Of a stretch of DNA of 64,000 bases, positions 35,633 through 44,717 are shown piece after piece (the first letter of the stretch is position 1; the number at the start of each line of letters is the position of its first letter). The notes beneath the pieces were generated by a model. It saw nothing but the letters and a program-made list of their open reading frames with translations. It searched no databases and had not been told where the DNA came from. A program made the position numbers and the translations under genes. The stretch lies in NCBI GenBank assembly GCA_963666515.2, contig OY762897.2, positions 608,001 to 672,000 of the forward strand, in the 5' to 3' direction. The DNA comes from Candidatus Binatia bacterium. Its GTDB lineage: Bacteria > Desulfobacterota > Binatia > UBA9968 > JAJDTQ01.

Positions 35633-36436
35633 TCAGTGCTCCCGAGGGTCCCATCCCTGCGCGCCCGCCTTGGCCCACTCCGGACGGAAGCGGTCGTCAG
35701 TCACCGCGGCCACGGTATAGCCGCCGTCCACGTAGAGCACCGTGCCGGTGACGTAGGCGGCGTCGTCCGAGGCCAGGAACACGGTGGGCGGCCCCATGTC
35801 CTCCGGGTACTCGGTGCGTCCCAGCGGCAGGCGCCGGAGCCGCTCCAGCACCCCTTCCGAGTAGGGCGGGCGCTGGGTGTTGCCGCGCGCCACACCGTTG
35901 ACGTTGATGCCCCAGAAGCCCAGGGCGTGGGCCATGGAACGAGTGAGCCCATCCACCGCGCCGCGGTCCGCGGCCCAGTCCACGGCCTGTCCGGGCCCCA
36001 GCTTGGCCACGATGGAGGTGAGGTTGACGATCTTGCCGTAGCGCCGCTTGATCATCTCGTTGGCCGCGGCCTGTCCCGTGAGGAAGTAGGGCTTGACCCC
36101 CCGCGCCAGCGTGTCGTCGAAGTCCTCCTCCCTGAAGTTCAGGAATTCCTGGTGATGCGGGCGCGCGGTGGCGTTGACCAGGATGTCGAGGCGTCCGTAG
36201 GTCTCCACTGTACGCCGCACCATCGCTTCGACTTCCTCCTTCTCGCGCAGATCGACCCCCAGGGCCAGTGAATTGCGGCCTGCCGAGCGCACGCGCTCCG
36301 CGGCAACGTCCGCGTCTTCCTGCTTCCAGTCGGCGCACACCACGTCGGCGCCTTCGGCGGCGAACGCCTTGCTGATGATGCTGCCGAATTCGGCGTTGGC
36401 CCCGGTGACGATGGCGATCTTGTCTTTCAGACGCAT
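35633..36436 (-). CDS. Atypical SDR-fold protein (WxxxR in place of YxxxK), paralog
   Basis: LDILVNA, NLTS, DWAADR and VDGG motifs; glycine motif TGANAEFG. Confidence 0.85.
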   Translation of the reverse strand: MRLKDKIAIVTGANAEFGSIISKAFAAEGADVVCADWKQEDADVAAERVRSAGRNSLALGVDLREKEEVEAMVRRTVETYGRLDILVNATARPHHQEFLNFREEDFDDTLARGVKPYFLTGQAAANEMIKRRYGKIVNLTSIVAKLGPGQAVDWAADRGAVDGLTRSMAHALGFWGINVNGVARGNTQRPPYSEGVLERLRRLPLGRTEYPEDMGPPTVFLASDDAAYVTGTVLYVDGGYTVAAVTDDRFRPEWAKAGAQGWDPREH

Positions 36437-36722
36437 GCAAGTCTCCCAACGAGTCAAGGTTACGGTCGCTCACGCCGGAGAGCGCACCCGCAGGCGGACT
36501 CTCCAGTTGCAGTTACATCTGCACATACTGCGTTGCACGCTGCCGGTCAAATCCCCGCACGGGGGTCCGCGATGGCCTGGCCCGAATGTTGCCAACCGCG
36601 TGTTCCGTGGTGTATCGTCCATGCGGAATTGACCGGGGCATCCGTTGCTCGCGCACCGTTCAAGCAATGAGAAGGGAGACCGCCCGCGCACCCCTGCGGC
36701 AACCCCTCCCGGGAGGACATCC

Positions 36723-37856
36723 ATGGCCACCAAGGAACAGATCGAAGCCGCCGAGAAGAAGGTCTATTCGCAGCAGGACATCGGCGAGTTCATGACTACG
36801 TGGAAGGACTTCCCCAGGCCGGGACTGGCCGCGTGGTCGGAGCGGAAGAAGGCCGGCCTGATGAACACGGCCCGGAGCACCCGCTACACGCCCAAGTTCC
36901 GTCCGTTCGACATGCTCAGCGTCCCCAACCAGTCGCTGGTGTTCCTGGAGAACGAGAACCACCGGATCGGCGCGGAATGCGTGGTAGGGGTCCAGGACGC
37001 GTTCCACCGCTACGTCGACTGCGACATGGTCTACTTCCAGTTCTGCGGCAACACCACGGTGGAGACGGAGTTCGGCGTCTACGAGATGGAGCCGGGCGAG
37101 GTCATGCTGGTTCCCGGCGGCATCTCCCATCGCTCCATCGGGCGCAACGACAGCCTGCGCTACTTCTGCATCAACCGCGAGGCCGTGGACTACGTCCTGG
37201 ACGAAGAGAAGTACACGAGCCACCAGTCCTTCGTCGTGAAACGGCACGGCGGCCCCAACTGGAGCGGCCTGGAGACCCCCAACGAAGACGCCCGCGGCCG
37301 CGTCACGGAGAAGATGCACTTCTGGGACGACGAGCCCGACGACTCCACGGTGGTGGAGCGCGATTACGACTCCCTGGTGGGCGTGTCCACGCTCAAGCCC
37401 AAACAGCAGGAGAGCGGCATCCGCAAGCTGCGCGCCTTCGACCACTTCACCATGGTGCTGGGAAAGGCCGGCGGCGAGGCCGGGCTGCTGGCGCTGATGG
37501 AGTCCCAGAGCATGCGCGTGCGCACCTACAACATGCAGGACGAGCAGTTCGCCTTCCACCGCGCGCTCCAGAGCGAGGAGGTGCGCATCCAGTTCCGCGG
37601 CGACGCCCTGGACCTGTCGGAATTCGAGAACGTGGCGGTGGTGCCGGGTGAGATCACCATCATCCCGCTGGGCATCTCCCACAGCGTCATCAGCGTGCCG
37701 CCGGACGGCCAGGACTTCCTGCGCCTCAACTTCTACAGCAAGCTCCGCTGGCGCGTGCCCATCGACCCCACTCGCCACGTCTACGACAGCACGTTCACGG
37801 TGGAGACCACGGTCCACAAGGAAGCCGACTGGTGGAAGACCGCGGCCAACGGCTGA
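36723..37856 (+). CDS. Homogentisate-dioxygenase-like bicupin
   Basis: Two cupin repeats: FHR..D..FQ..G..ETEFG..PGE..VPGGISH and FHR....EE..Q..G..PGE..IPLGISH; GGAGG RBS. Confidence 0.72.
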   Translation: MATKEQIEAAEKKVYSQQDIGEFMTTWKDFPRPGLAAWSERKKAGLMNTARSTRYTPKFRPFDMLSVPNQSLVFLENENHRIGAECVVGVQDAFHRYVDCDMVYFQFCGNTTVETEFGVYEMEPGEVMLVPGGISHRSIGRNDSLRYFCINREAVDYVLDEEKYTSHQSFVVKRHGGPNWSGLETPNEDARGRVTEKMHFWDDEPDDSTVVERDYDSLVGVSTLKPKQQESGIRKLRAFDHFTMVLGKAGGEAGLLALMESQSMRVRTYNMQDEQFAFHRALQSEEVRIQFRGDALDLSEFENVAVVPGEITIIPLGISHSVISVPPDGQDFLRLNFYSKLRWRVPIDPTRHVYDSTFTVETTVHKEADWWKTAANG

Positions 37857-37883
37857 GGCGCACGCGCGAAGGAGGAACACGAC

Positions 37884-38759
37884 ATGGCCATCAAGGAAAT
37901 CAATACCTATTCCTTTATCGGCAACCTCGGCGGCCACGAGCCCAAGCGTGAGTGGAAGGAGATCGACGAGGACAGGGACGTGATCAACTGCACCGAGACG
38001 TTCGAGCGCCCGTGTCTTTTGCTCAAGCCTCTGAGCGTGCTCACGACGTCCCTTCCAGGCGAGAACGGCGAAGAACGGCGCCTTCCGGTGCTGTCCAATG
38101 ACGATGTCAGCATCGAGCTTGTCACCGGCGCCTCCGCCGAGCCGGCCGCGGCTTCACGCGACCGGCACCTGGTGTGCGTCCAGGTAGGCGGCTCCGGCAC
38201 CGTGCCCACCGCGAAAGGGGACTTCGACTTGGCCCAAGGGGAAGTGCTGGCGCTCCCTCCGGGCGTGGCGCGCGCCAACCCCGCGGGCGGCACCCGGCTG
38301 GTGGTGTACACCGGCAAGCCCCTGCACGTGGCCAAGGGCTACCCGGCCAAGGACGAGCGCACCACCGCGGCGGAATGCCTGCTGCTCAAGCCCTCGGAGG
38401 TGCTGGATCAGGTGGAGGAAGGAGCGTCGGGCGGCCAGCACTTCGAGCTCATCGAAAACGAGGACCTGATGGTGGAGATGACCGTCCGGGCCGACTCCCA
38501 GCGCATCTACCACCGGGGCTTCAACCAGGACGAGGTGGCGTTCCAGTTGACCGGCCAGCGCGGCACCCGCACCACCCAGGGCGAGTTCATGCTCGACACC
38601 GGCGACATGCTGTGGATTCCGCCCGGCTGCTCGCACCGCAACATCGGCGACATGCTCACCACGCGCATCATCCTGTACACCCGAAACCCGCTGACGCTGT
38701 CGCAGGAATACACCAACCGCGCGGAGCAGGTGGCTCAGGCTGCGTCGGGCACTGCATAG
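37884..38759 (+). CDS. Homogentisate-dioxygenase-like bicupin with a degenerate N-terminal cupin
   Basis: C-domain YHRGFNQDEVAFQ...IPPGCSH; the N-domain lacks His ligands; AGGAGG RBS. Confidence 0.7.
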   Translation: MAIKEINTYSFIGNLGGHEPKREWKEIDEDRDVINCTETFERPCLLLKPLSVLTTSLPGENGEERRLPVLSNDDVSIELVTGASAEPAAASRDRHLVCVQVGGSGTVPTAKGDFDLAQGEVLALPPGVARANPAGGTRLVVYTGKPLHVAKGYPAKDERTTAAECLLLKPSEVLDQVEEGASGGQHFELIENEDLMVEMTVRADSQRIYHRGFNQDEVAFQLTGQRGTRTTQGEFMLDTGDMLWIPPGCSHRNIGDMLTTRIILYTRNPLTLSQEYTNRAEQVAQAASGTA

Positions 38760-38875
38760 ACGGCTTCCGTCAAGAACATCTTGGCGTATCGTGGCGCAAG
38801 TTCAGGTGTTTGCCCGTACCAAGCCAACGGTCAGCCTCGTGCCGGTCGCTTCGGCGTAGCGACGCAAGGTGTGTA

Positions 38876-39517
38876 TCAATCCGGCGCGACAGTGTCGCCC
38901 GTGTAAAAGGCCGCCGTACGCTGCGCGGCTGCGCGAGCAACGTCGGGGTCCGTTCCCGCTGTCTTGGCCGCCCGGCCCCACGCCGCGCTGCTTCCGACGA
39001 GGAGCGCCTTTCCGTCACGCATCGTGTGGAACGTTGCGCCATCCAACTTGGGTTCGTTCGGCCGCGTGAGATGCAGTTCCATCCCCAGCAAGACCATCTC
39101 CCAACCTACGCCGACACCACCGGGACCGAACTTGTGCCATTGGTCCGACACCAGCGCGGTATGCGTGATCGCGAGGCGCGCGCGGCCAGCCCCCTCGTTT
39201 CCCAGACGCGCCTCCACCCAGCTCACGTCGCTGCCGAACTCCCACGTCAGCCCGAGATGCGAGGGAGGCTCGCAGTGCCTGATCGTGCCGCCTGCGTGTC
39301 CCTCCAGTTGGTAACGCCCGCCGAGTTCCAGGCGCCCGCTGACCGGCAGGAACCAGTACGGGATTCGTTCCGCGCTCGTCACGGCGTCCCAGAGGTCTTC
39401 CACTGTCGTCGCGTAGCTGCGGGCGAGGGTGACCGCGCGAGCGGCCTGTCCGTCGCGCTCCAGGGACGACACTGTGCGCTCCACCGCGCCGAGGAGGCGT
39501 TCGACATCCAGGTCCAT
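38876..39517 (-). CDS. SRPBCC/AHSA1 (START-fold) protein
   Basis: LWDAVTSAERIPYWF, GGRYQLEG and GPGGVGVGW motifs. Confidence 0.85.
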   Translation of the reverse strand: MDLDVERLLGAVERTVSSLERDGQAARAVTLARSYATTVEDLWDAVTSAERIPYWFLPVSGRLELGGRYQLEGHAGGTIRHCEPPSHLGLTWEFGSDVSWVEARLGNEGAGRARLAITHTALVSDQWHKFGPGGVGVGWEMVLLGMELHLTRPNEPKLDGATFHTMRDGKALLVGSSAAWGRAAKTAGTDPDVARAAAQRTAAFYTGDTVAPD

Positions 39518-39719
39518 GGCTTCTCCGTTTCGTCAAGCAGGCGACTATTCAAGTGCATGCTACTGCATACAGTGAATCAAGCCGCGTGGACAATGGCTCG
39601 GACCGCCCGCAAGGTCGCAGACCGTCCGACAACAGCAAGTCGGAAGCCCGCCCAACGGGTTTGCAGCGCGCCCGCGCAGCGTTGGGCAGCAGCTCGGTTC
39701 CGGCGCGTGGTCTCACATC

Positions 39720-41465
39720 TCACGCCCCGCCCAGTTGCAGGGTGCGGCGGCCGAAAAAGAAGTACAGCACCACCAGTGGGACCATGAACGCCAACAGCAG
39801 CAGCGAGATCGCCGCCGCCACCGTGGATTCGCCACGGGTGACGAAGTTCAGCACCAGCGTGGGCAGGGTCTGATTGTCCTTGGCGGTCAGAAAGGCCGCC
39901 AGGGTCAGCTCCCGGTACGACAGCAGCGCGATCCAGATCCAGGCGTAGAGCGTCGCCGGCGCCAGCAGCGGCACCAGGATGCTCCGCAGCACCCCGAACG
40001 GCCCAAGTCCCGATACATAGGCGGCCTCGTCCAGCTCCTTGTGGATCTGCAGCAGGGCGTTGTTGTAGACCCGCGTGGGAAAGCTGATGCGGGCGATCAC
40101 GAACACCACCAGGATGATGTAGACGGTGTTGTAGAAGGGGATGGATTCCGGGACCCAGAACAGCGCGATGACCAGGATGGCCACGGAGAAGATGAGGTTG
40201 GGCACCGCGTGGGGCAGGAACGCGATCATGTCCACCAGCCACGCGTAGCGGAACCCGGAACGGATGACCACCCAGGAAATCGCCAGGCCGACGAACATCA
40301 GGATCGTGGGCACGGTCAGCGTCAGGATCGCCGTGTTCCTGGTGGCCATCCAGAAGATGTCCCAAGGGATCTGACGGAAGTTGTCCAGCGACACGAGGGC
40401 CAGCGCCTGCATGGAGAACGGCTGGTAGTAGGGCATCAGCGACGCCCACACCAGAGCCAGGAACGGGAACACCACCCCCAGCGTCAGCTTGATGCCGATG
40501 AACGCCCAGCCCGCGATCCACCACCGCCCCAGCGGGACGATGTTCGGGCGGTAGCTCTTGCCGGTGACCACCGTGTAGCGGTGGGAGCGGCTGATCACCT
40601 TCAGGTACCACCAGCTCAGCAGCAGCCCCACCACGATCATCAGCACGCTGGCGGCGCCGACGATGCTGAAGTTCGGCGGCCCTTCCTGCGGGTCCGCCTC
40701 GTTGAAGACGAACGTGCTGAAGGTGAAGATGCGGTTCGCCATGCCGATGATGGCGGGGACGTCGAAGGAGGCGAGGCCGATGGTGCCGATGTAGATGCCC
40801 GCGGCCAGGATGCCCGGCCACATGAGCGGCAGCGTCACGTGCCAGATGCGTTGTGAAAAGCTCAGCCCGTGGATCTGCGCGCTCTCTTCCAGAGCCGGGT
40901 CCATGGCGCGGAACGTCGCCGCCAGCATGATGAATGCCAGCGACGACAGCCCCAGTCCCGAGATGAACCCCATGCCCGACACCGACACGATGTTGATGGG
41001 CGGGGTGTCGATGAACGGGAGCAGGTCCATCAGCCAGTGGTTGACGGTGCCGATCCGTGGATGGAACATGAAGAGCCAGCCGAGGGCGCCGAAGGTGCCG
41101 GGGATGACCGCGCTGGCGGTCATCAGCGGGAAGACCAGGCTTTTGCCGGGAAGGTCGGTGCGCTCGGCGAGCCACGCGATGGGCACGGCGAGGACCAGGG
41201 CGACGAACACCGTCACCGCCGTGAAGACGGCCGTGTTGTAAAGCGCCCCGTAGACGAACGGATCCAGGTAGAGTTCACTGAAGTTGTTGAGGGTGTAGAT
41301 CGAGGAATCCAGCGGATCCTGGAACGCGATGTCCAGGATCACCGCCAGCAGGAGCAGGACCACCGACAGCACCGCGCCGGTGAACGCGATGAGCAGGAAG
41401 CGCGCGCCCAGGAAACGCCCCAGGCGCGCGCCCGCTGCTCGTTCCGCTGTTATGGTGGTGTCCAC
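39720..41465 (-). CDS. ABC transporter fused double permease (FbpB-like)
   Basis: LEESAQIHG and LDEAAYVSG loops; similar to 25066-26841. Confidence 0.88.
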   Translation of the reverse strand: MDTTITAERAAGARLGRFLGARFLLIAFTGAVLSVVLLLLAVILDIAFQDPLDSSIYTLNNFSELYLDPFVYGALYNTAVFTAVTVFVALVLAVPIAWLAERTDLPGKSLVFPLMTASAVIPGTFGALGWLFMFHPRIGTVNHWLMDLLPFIDTPPINIVSVSGMGFISGLGLSSLAFIMLAATFRAMDPALEESAQIHGLSFSQRIWHVTLPLMWPGILAAGIYIGTIGLASFDVPAIIGMANRIFTFSTFVFNEADPQEGPPNFSIVGAASVLMIVVGLLLSWWYLKVISRSHRYTVVTGKSYRPNIVPLGRWWIAGWAFIGIKLTLGVVFPFLALVWASLMPYYQPFSMQALALVSLDNFRQIPWDIFWMATRNTAILTLTVPTILMFVGLAISWVVIRSGFRYAWLVDMIAFLPHAVPNLIFSVAILVIALFWVPESIPFYNTVYIILVVFVIARISFPTRVYNNALLQIHKELDEAAYVSGLGPFGVLRSILVPLLAPATLYAWIWIALLSYRELTLAAFLTAKDNQTLPTLVLNFVTRGESTVAAAISLLLLAFMVPLVVLYFFFGRRTLQLGGA

Positions 41466-41519
41466 AACGCCGGCCTCATGGCGGTGCAGCGCCGCACCGC
41501 CATACGGTCATTCTCCGGT

Positions 41520-42644
41520 CTACTTCTTCTGTCCCACCAGTATTTTCTTGTACTCGCTCTTCCACTTCTCCACTTGCGGCTTGACCTTCATGTAGGTCGG
41601 AATGCTGATGTAAGGCGGCGCCACGCCCCGGTCCCGTAGGTCCTTGGCGATCTTGTACATGGTGTTCCCGGGGTAGTAGCTGGTATCCGCCAGCTCCCAC
41701 TTGCGGTTGAGTGCCTGTCCTTCCGGCGTCTGCATGAACACCATGAAGAGCTTTGCCGTGGCGGGATACTTGGCCTGCTTCAGCAGCCCCATGTACGAGT
41801 GGGTGAGATTGCTGGTTTCCTCGATGTAGGCCATGCCCAGCGGCGCGCCCTTGGCTTGGCCCTTCCAGACGTTGTTGGCGCTGCACATCATGGCCAGCCC
41901 GACGAACTCGCCGCTGGCGATCCGGTTCTCGTCGCCGCAGCCGATGAGGCCGACGATGTGTCCCTTCTTGACCATCTCCGACAGCAGGCCGCGGATGCGT
42001 TTTGCTTTTTCCTCATCGAAGGTGCCCTGCTCGCTCACGCTCGCGCGATCCCACACCGCGGCGTAGGGAGTGCCGGCCAGCTTGCCCTTCCAGAAGGGAT
42101 CCAGCAGGTCCTCGAGCTTCTGCGGCACCTTGTCCTTGGGCACGAGCCGCGTGTTGTAGGCGAAGCCGCCGATGCGGGTGTGCTCGGGGATGGCCCCGCC
42201 GCCCGGGACGATGACGTCCGCGGGCAGGCGCGGATAGATATCCCGCCAGTCCTTCACCTCCGCCAGCATGTTGGCCTTGAGGAGCCGCGGGATGGTGGAC
42301 TGTGTGCCGTTGAAGACGTCTGTCGAGGGTTGCCGTCCCGCCTTGGCCTCCTTCATCAGGCGTGCCGCGAAACGGTTCTGGTTGGGAAAGTCCACGTACT
42401 CCCACTTCACGTCGACGCCGTACATCTTCTTCATCGCCGCGACGGCTTCCTTCCTCGCCCGGACATCGTCGATGATGGCGTGGGCGATGAGCGTCCCGCC
42501 CTCGGCCTTGGACGCCTTGATCAACGCGTCGAGCGCGGCGGTCCGGTCGGCCGCCATGGCCGGTCCGGAGCCGGCGACGGCGGCGAAGCAAAGCAGCGCC
42601 GCGGCGAGCAACGCTTTCCTGAATCCCTGGCGTGAGTCCTTCAT
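41520..42644 (-). CDS. ABC substrate-binding protein (Fe3+/thiamine-like cluster)
   Basis: Signal peptide; AYNTRLV, PQKLEDLLDP.WKGK and AKYPATAKLF motifs. Confidence 0.85.
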   Translation of the reverse strand: MKDSRQGFRKALLAAALLCFAAVAGSGPAMAADRTAALDALIKASKAEGGTLIAHAIIDDVRARKEAVAAMKKMYGVDVKWEYVDFPNQNRFAARLMKEAKAGRQPSTDVFNGTQSTIPRLLKANMLAEVKDWRDIYPRLPADVIVPGGGAIPEHTRIGGFAYNTRLVPKDKVPQKLEDLLDPFWKGKLAGTPYAAVWDRASVSEQGTFDEEKAKRIRGLLSEMVKKGHIVGLIGCGDENRIASGEFVGLAMMCSANNVWKGQAKGAPLGMAYIEETSNLTHSYMGLLKQAKYPATAKLFMVFMQTPEGQALNRKWELADTSYYPGNTMYKIAKDLRDRGVAPPYISIPTYMKVKPQVEKWKSEYKKILVGQKK

Positions 42645-42736
42645 GCTCTCCTCCTTTGGTCGCGGCCGATATGTCCATCCCTGGCCAAACGGCCGCAGTC
42701 AGTTCGATGCACCGGTTCAATCTTCGAAGCATCGGT

Positions 42737-43678
42737 TCAATCCAGCACGATCGCTTGTCCACGACCCGTCCGCACGGCTTCTTCGTAGGCGTAGTTCGCC
42801 AACGCCACGTCACTGTACCCTCCCTGGGACTCCCGGAAAACCGCGATCCCGTCCTCAATCCGCGCCGGCGGTCCTTCACGAGCCACGAGATCGCCCAGTT
42901 CCACGACGTCCTCCCAGTCAATCCGCTTCTCCCGCGAGAGCCGAATGAGCGGCTGGTCGAGTCGGGTGTCATAGTAGCCCAGTTCGTGGGTCTTGCTCGA
43001 CACCACGATCAGCGCTGCCCGCAGGTAGGTCTCGTCGTCGAATTCGTTGGGGCGGCCGCAGCCGAAGACGGGCTGGCCCAGCCGCAACCACGCGCCGCGC
43101 AGGGCGGGCTCCGGGGAGTTGGTGCTCACGAGCACGATGTCCGCCTCGGCGAGTGCCTCACTCGGATCGGAGACCGCCGACACGTCGATGCCGAAATCAT
43201 TCGACGCACGGCGCGCGAAAGCTTCCCGTCGCTCCGGGCTGCGGCTGTAGACGCGCACGCGCTCGATGGGCCGCAGCCCGGTGGCCGCCTGGAGCAGGGA
43301 AGGAGCGAGGCGTCCGCTGCCGATGAGCGCGGCCGACTTGGCGTCCCGCGGGGCGAGGCGATCCAGCGCCAGACCGACGGTGGCGGCGATGCGCAACTCG
43401 CTGAAGGGGTAGTTCATGAGCGAGAGGAGCCTGCCCGAGCTCATTTCGTAGACCAGCGCCAAGGCGTCGCCGCCGGTGGGACTGAGACGGAGCCCCACCC
43501 GGTCGGGACGGTCCAGGCCGCCGGCCACCAGCCGGATACCGCGGTCCATGAGGCGCAGAGGCGGAATGGCCTTCACCTGCCCGTTTGCCTGATCGACATA
43601 GATATCTTCGAGGACCGCCATGGCGGTTTGGAGGTCCATCAGGTCCTCCACCTCGGAGCTTCTCAACAGGACCGTCAT
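42737..43678 (-). CDS. Ornithine cyclodeaminase/mu-crystallin family protein
   Basis: LRIAA, IGSGRLA, VRVYSRS, ADIVLVST, ELGDLV and FRESQG..DVALA motifs. Confidence 0.85.
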   Translation of the reverse strand: MTVLLRSSEVEDLMDLQTAMAVLEDIYVDQANGQVKAIPPLRLMDRGIRLVAGGLDRPDRVGLRLSPTGGDALALVYEMSSGRLLSLMNYPFSELRIAATVGLALDRLAPRDAKSAALIGSGRLAPSLLQAATGLRPIERVRVYSRSPERREAFARRASNDFGIDVSAVSDPSEALAEADIVLVSTNSPEPALRGAWLRLGQPVFGCGRPNEFDDETYLRAALIVVSSKTHELGYYDTRLDQPLIRLSREKRIDWEDVVELGDLVAREGPPARIEDGIAVFRESQGGYSDVALANYAYEEAVRTGRGQAIVLD

Positions 43679-43751
43679 GGCGCGCCGCAATCTCCTGAGC
43701 CGCCCGTCGATCCCGTGGTTTCACCGGTGTCCCGTCGCATCTACGGTTCCT

Positions 43752-44699
43752 TCACATCAGCCGCGGGCGCAGCTCCTCGAAGATCAACCGCGTTTGTTCC
43801 GCCGGGTCGTCGGACGCGATCCGAACGATCAGCGCCGTGAGCCCGGATTGCGCGTATCCCCGCAGCCGTTCCGCGCACTCGTCGGGTGTTCCGAAAATGG
43901 TCAAGTGGTACTCAAGCCTCGCCCTGGGTTGCCGGAAGAAGCCTTCCATCCAGTTCCAGCCCTCGGCGCGCGCGGCATCGCCGTCCCGGTCCATGCGCAA
44001 CGTCGCGTAGAGGGCGGACGCGGACACGGCGCCGGGCCGGCCGCAGGAGGCGGCGTATTCGTCGATCATGCGGCGGTTCTCGCTGAAATCGTCCAGGGAT
44101 GAGACCAGGGTCACCCAGCCGTCTCCGAGCCGGCCGACGCGCCTGAAGCCGGTCTCGTTCCGGTCGGCCGCGATCCAGATGGGGATCCCCGGCTGCTGCA
44201 CCGGCTTGGGCAGCACGCCGATCTCCTCGAAGCGGAAGTACTTGCCCTCGTAGGCAAAGGACTCTTCGGTCCAGAGCCGCCGCATGAGCGTGATGGTCTC
44301 GCTCAGCCGGCCTGCCTTCTCGCCGGCGGGTACGCCGCACGCCTCGAACTGGCGCTGGATGTAGTCGCGCGTCGGACCCACGCTCACGGCCAGGATCACG
44401 CGCCCCTGGGAGATGACGTCCACGGTGGCCAAGGTGTGGGCCAGGAGCACGGGGTTGCGCAGGGAGCCGAGGAAGGGCACGGCGCCGAGCCGTATGCGCT
44501 CGGTCTTGCACGCCAGGGCGGCCATGGTGGTGAGCGCATCGCCCCGGGCGCGGTTGAGGATCGTGACGCTGTCGCCCAGCCAGACGTGGTCGTATCCCGC
44601 GTCCTCGGCCTGCGCCGCCTGCGCCCAGAGCGTGTCGAAGGAGGCTGCGCCTTCGTTCCGGATGAGGTCACGCGTGTGCAGCAGCAGGCCGAATTCCAT
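43752..44699 (-). CDS. LLM-class flavin-dependent oxidoreductase
   Basis: HVWLGDS, TERIRLG, TVDVISQGR and PKPVQQPGIPIW motifs. Confidence 0.9.
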   Translation of the reverse strand: MEFGLLLHTRDLIRNEGAASFDTLWAQAAQAEDAGYDHVWLGDSVTILNRARGDALTTMAALACKTERIRLGAVPFLGSLRNPVLLAHTLATVDVISQGRVILAVSVGPTRDYIQRQFEACGVPAGEKAGRLSETITLMRRLWTEESFAYEGKYFRFEEIGVLPKPVQQPGIPIWIAADRNETGFRRVGRLGDGWVTLVSSLDDFSENRRMIDEYAASCGRPGAVSASALYATLRMDRDGDAARAEGWNWMEGFFRQPRARLEYHLTIFGTPDECAERLRGYAQSGLTALIVRIASDDPAEQTRLIFEELRPRLM

Positions 44700-44717
44700 G
44701 AGACTCGTGGCTCGCGG

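Noticed and set aside
36437-36722. Riboswitch or ncRNA in the divergent SDR/cupin intergenic region
   Set aside because: Only opposed TTGACC hexamers (possible divergent -35 boxes) were seen; no recognisable aptamer or terminator.
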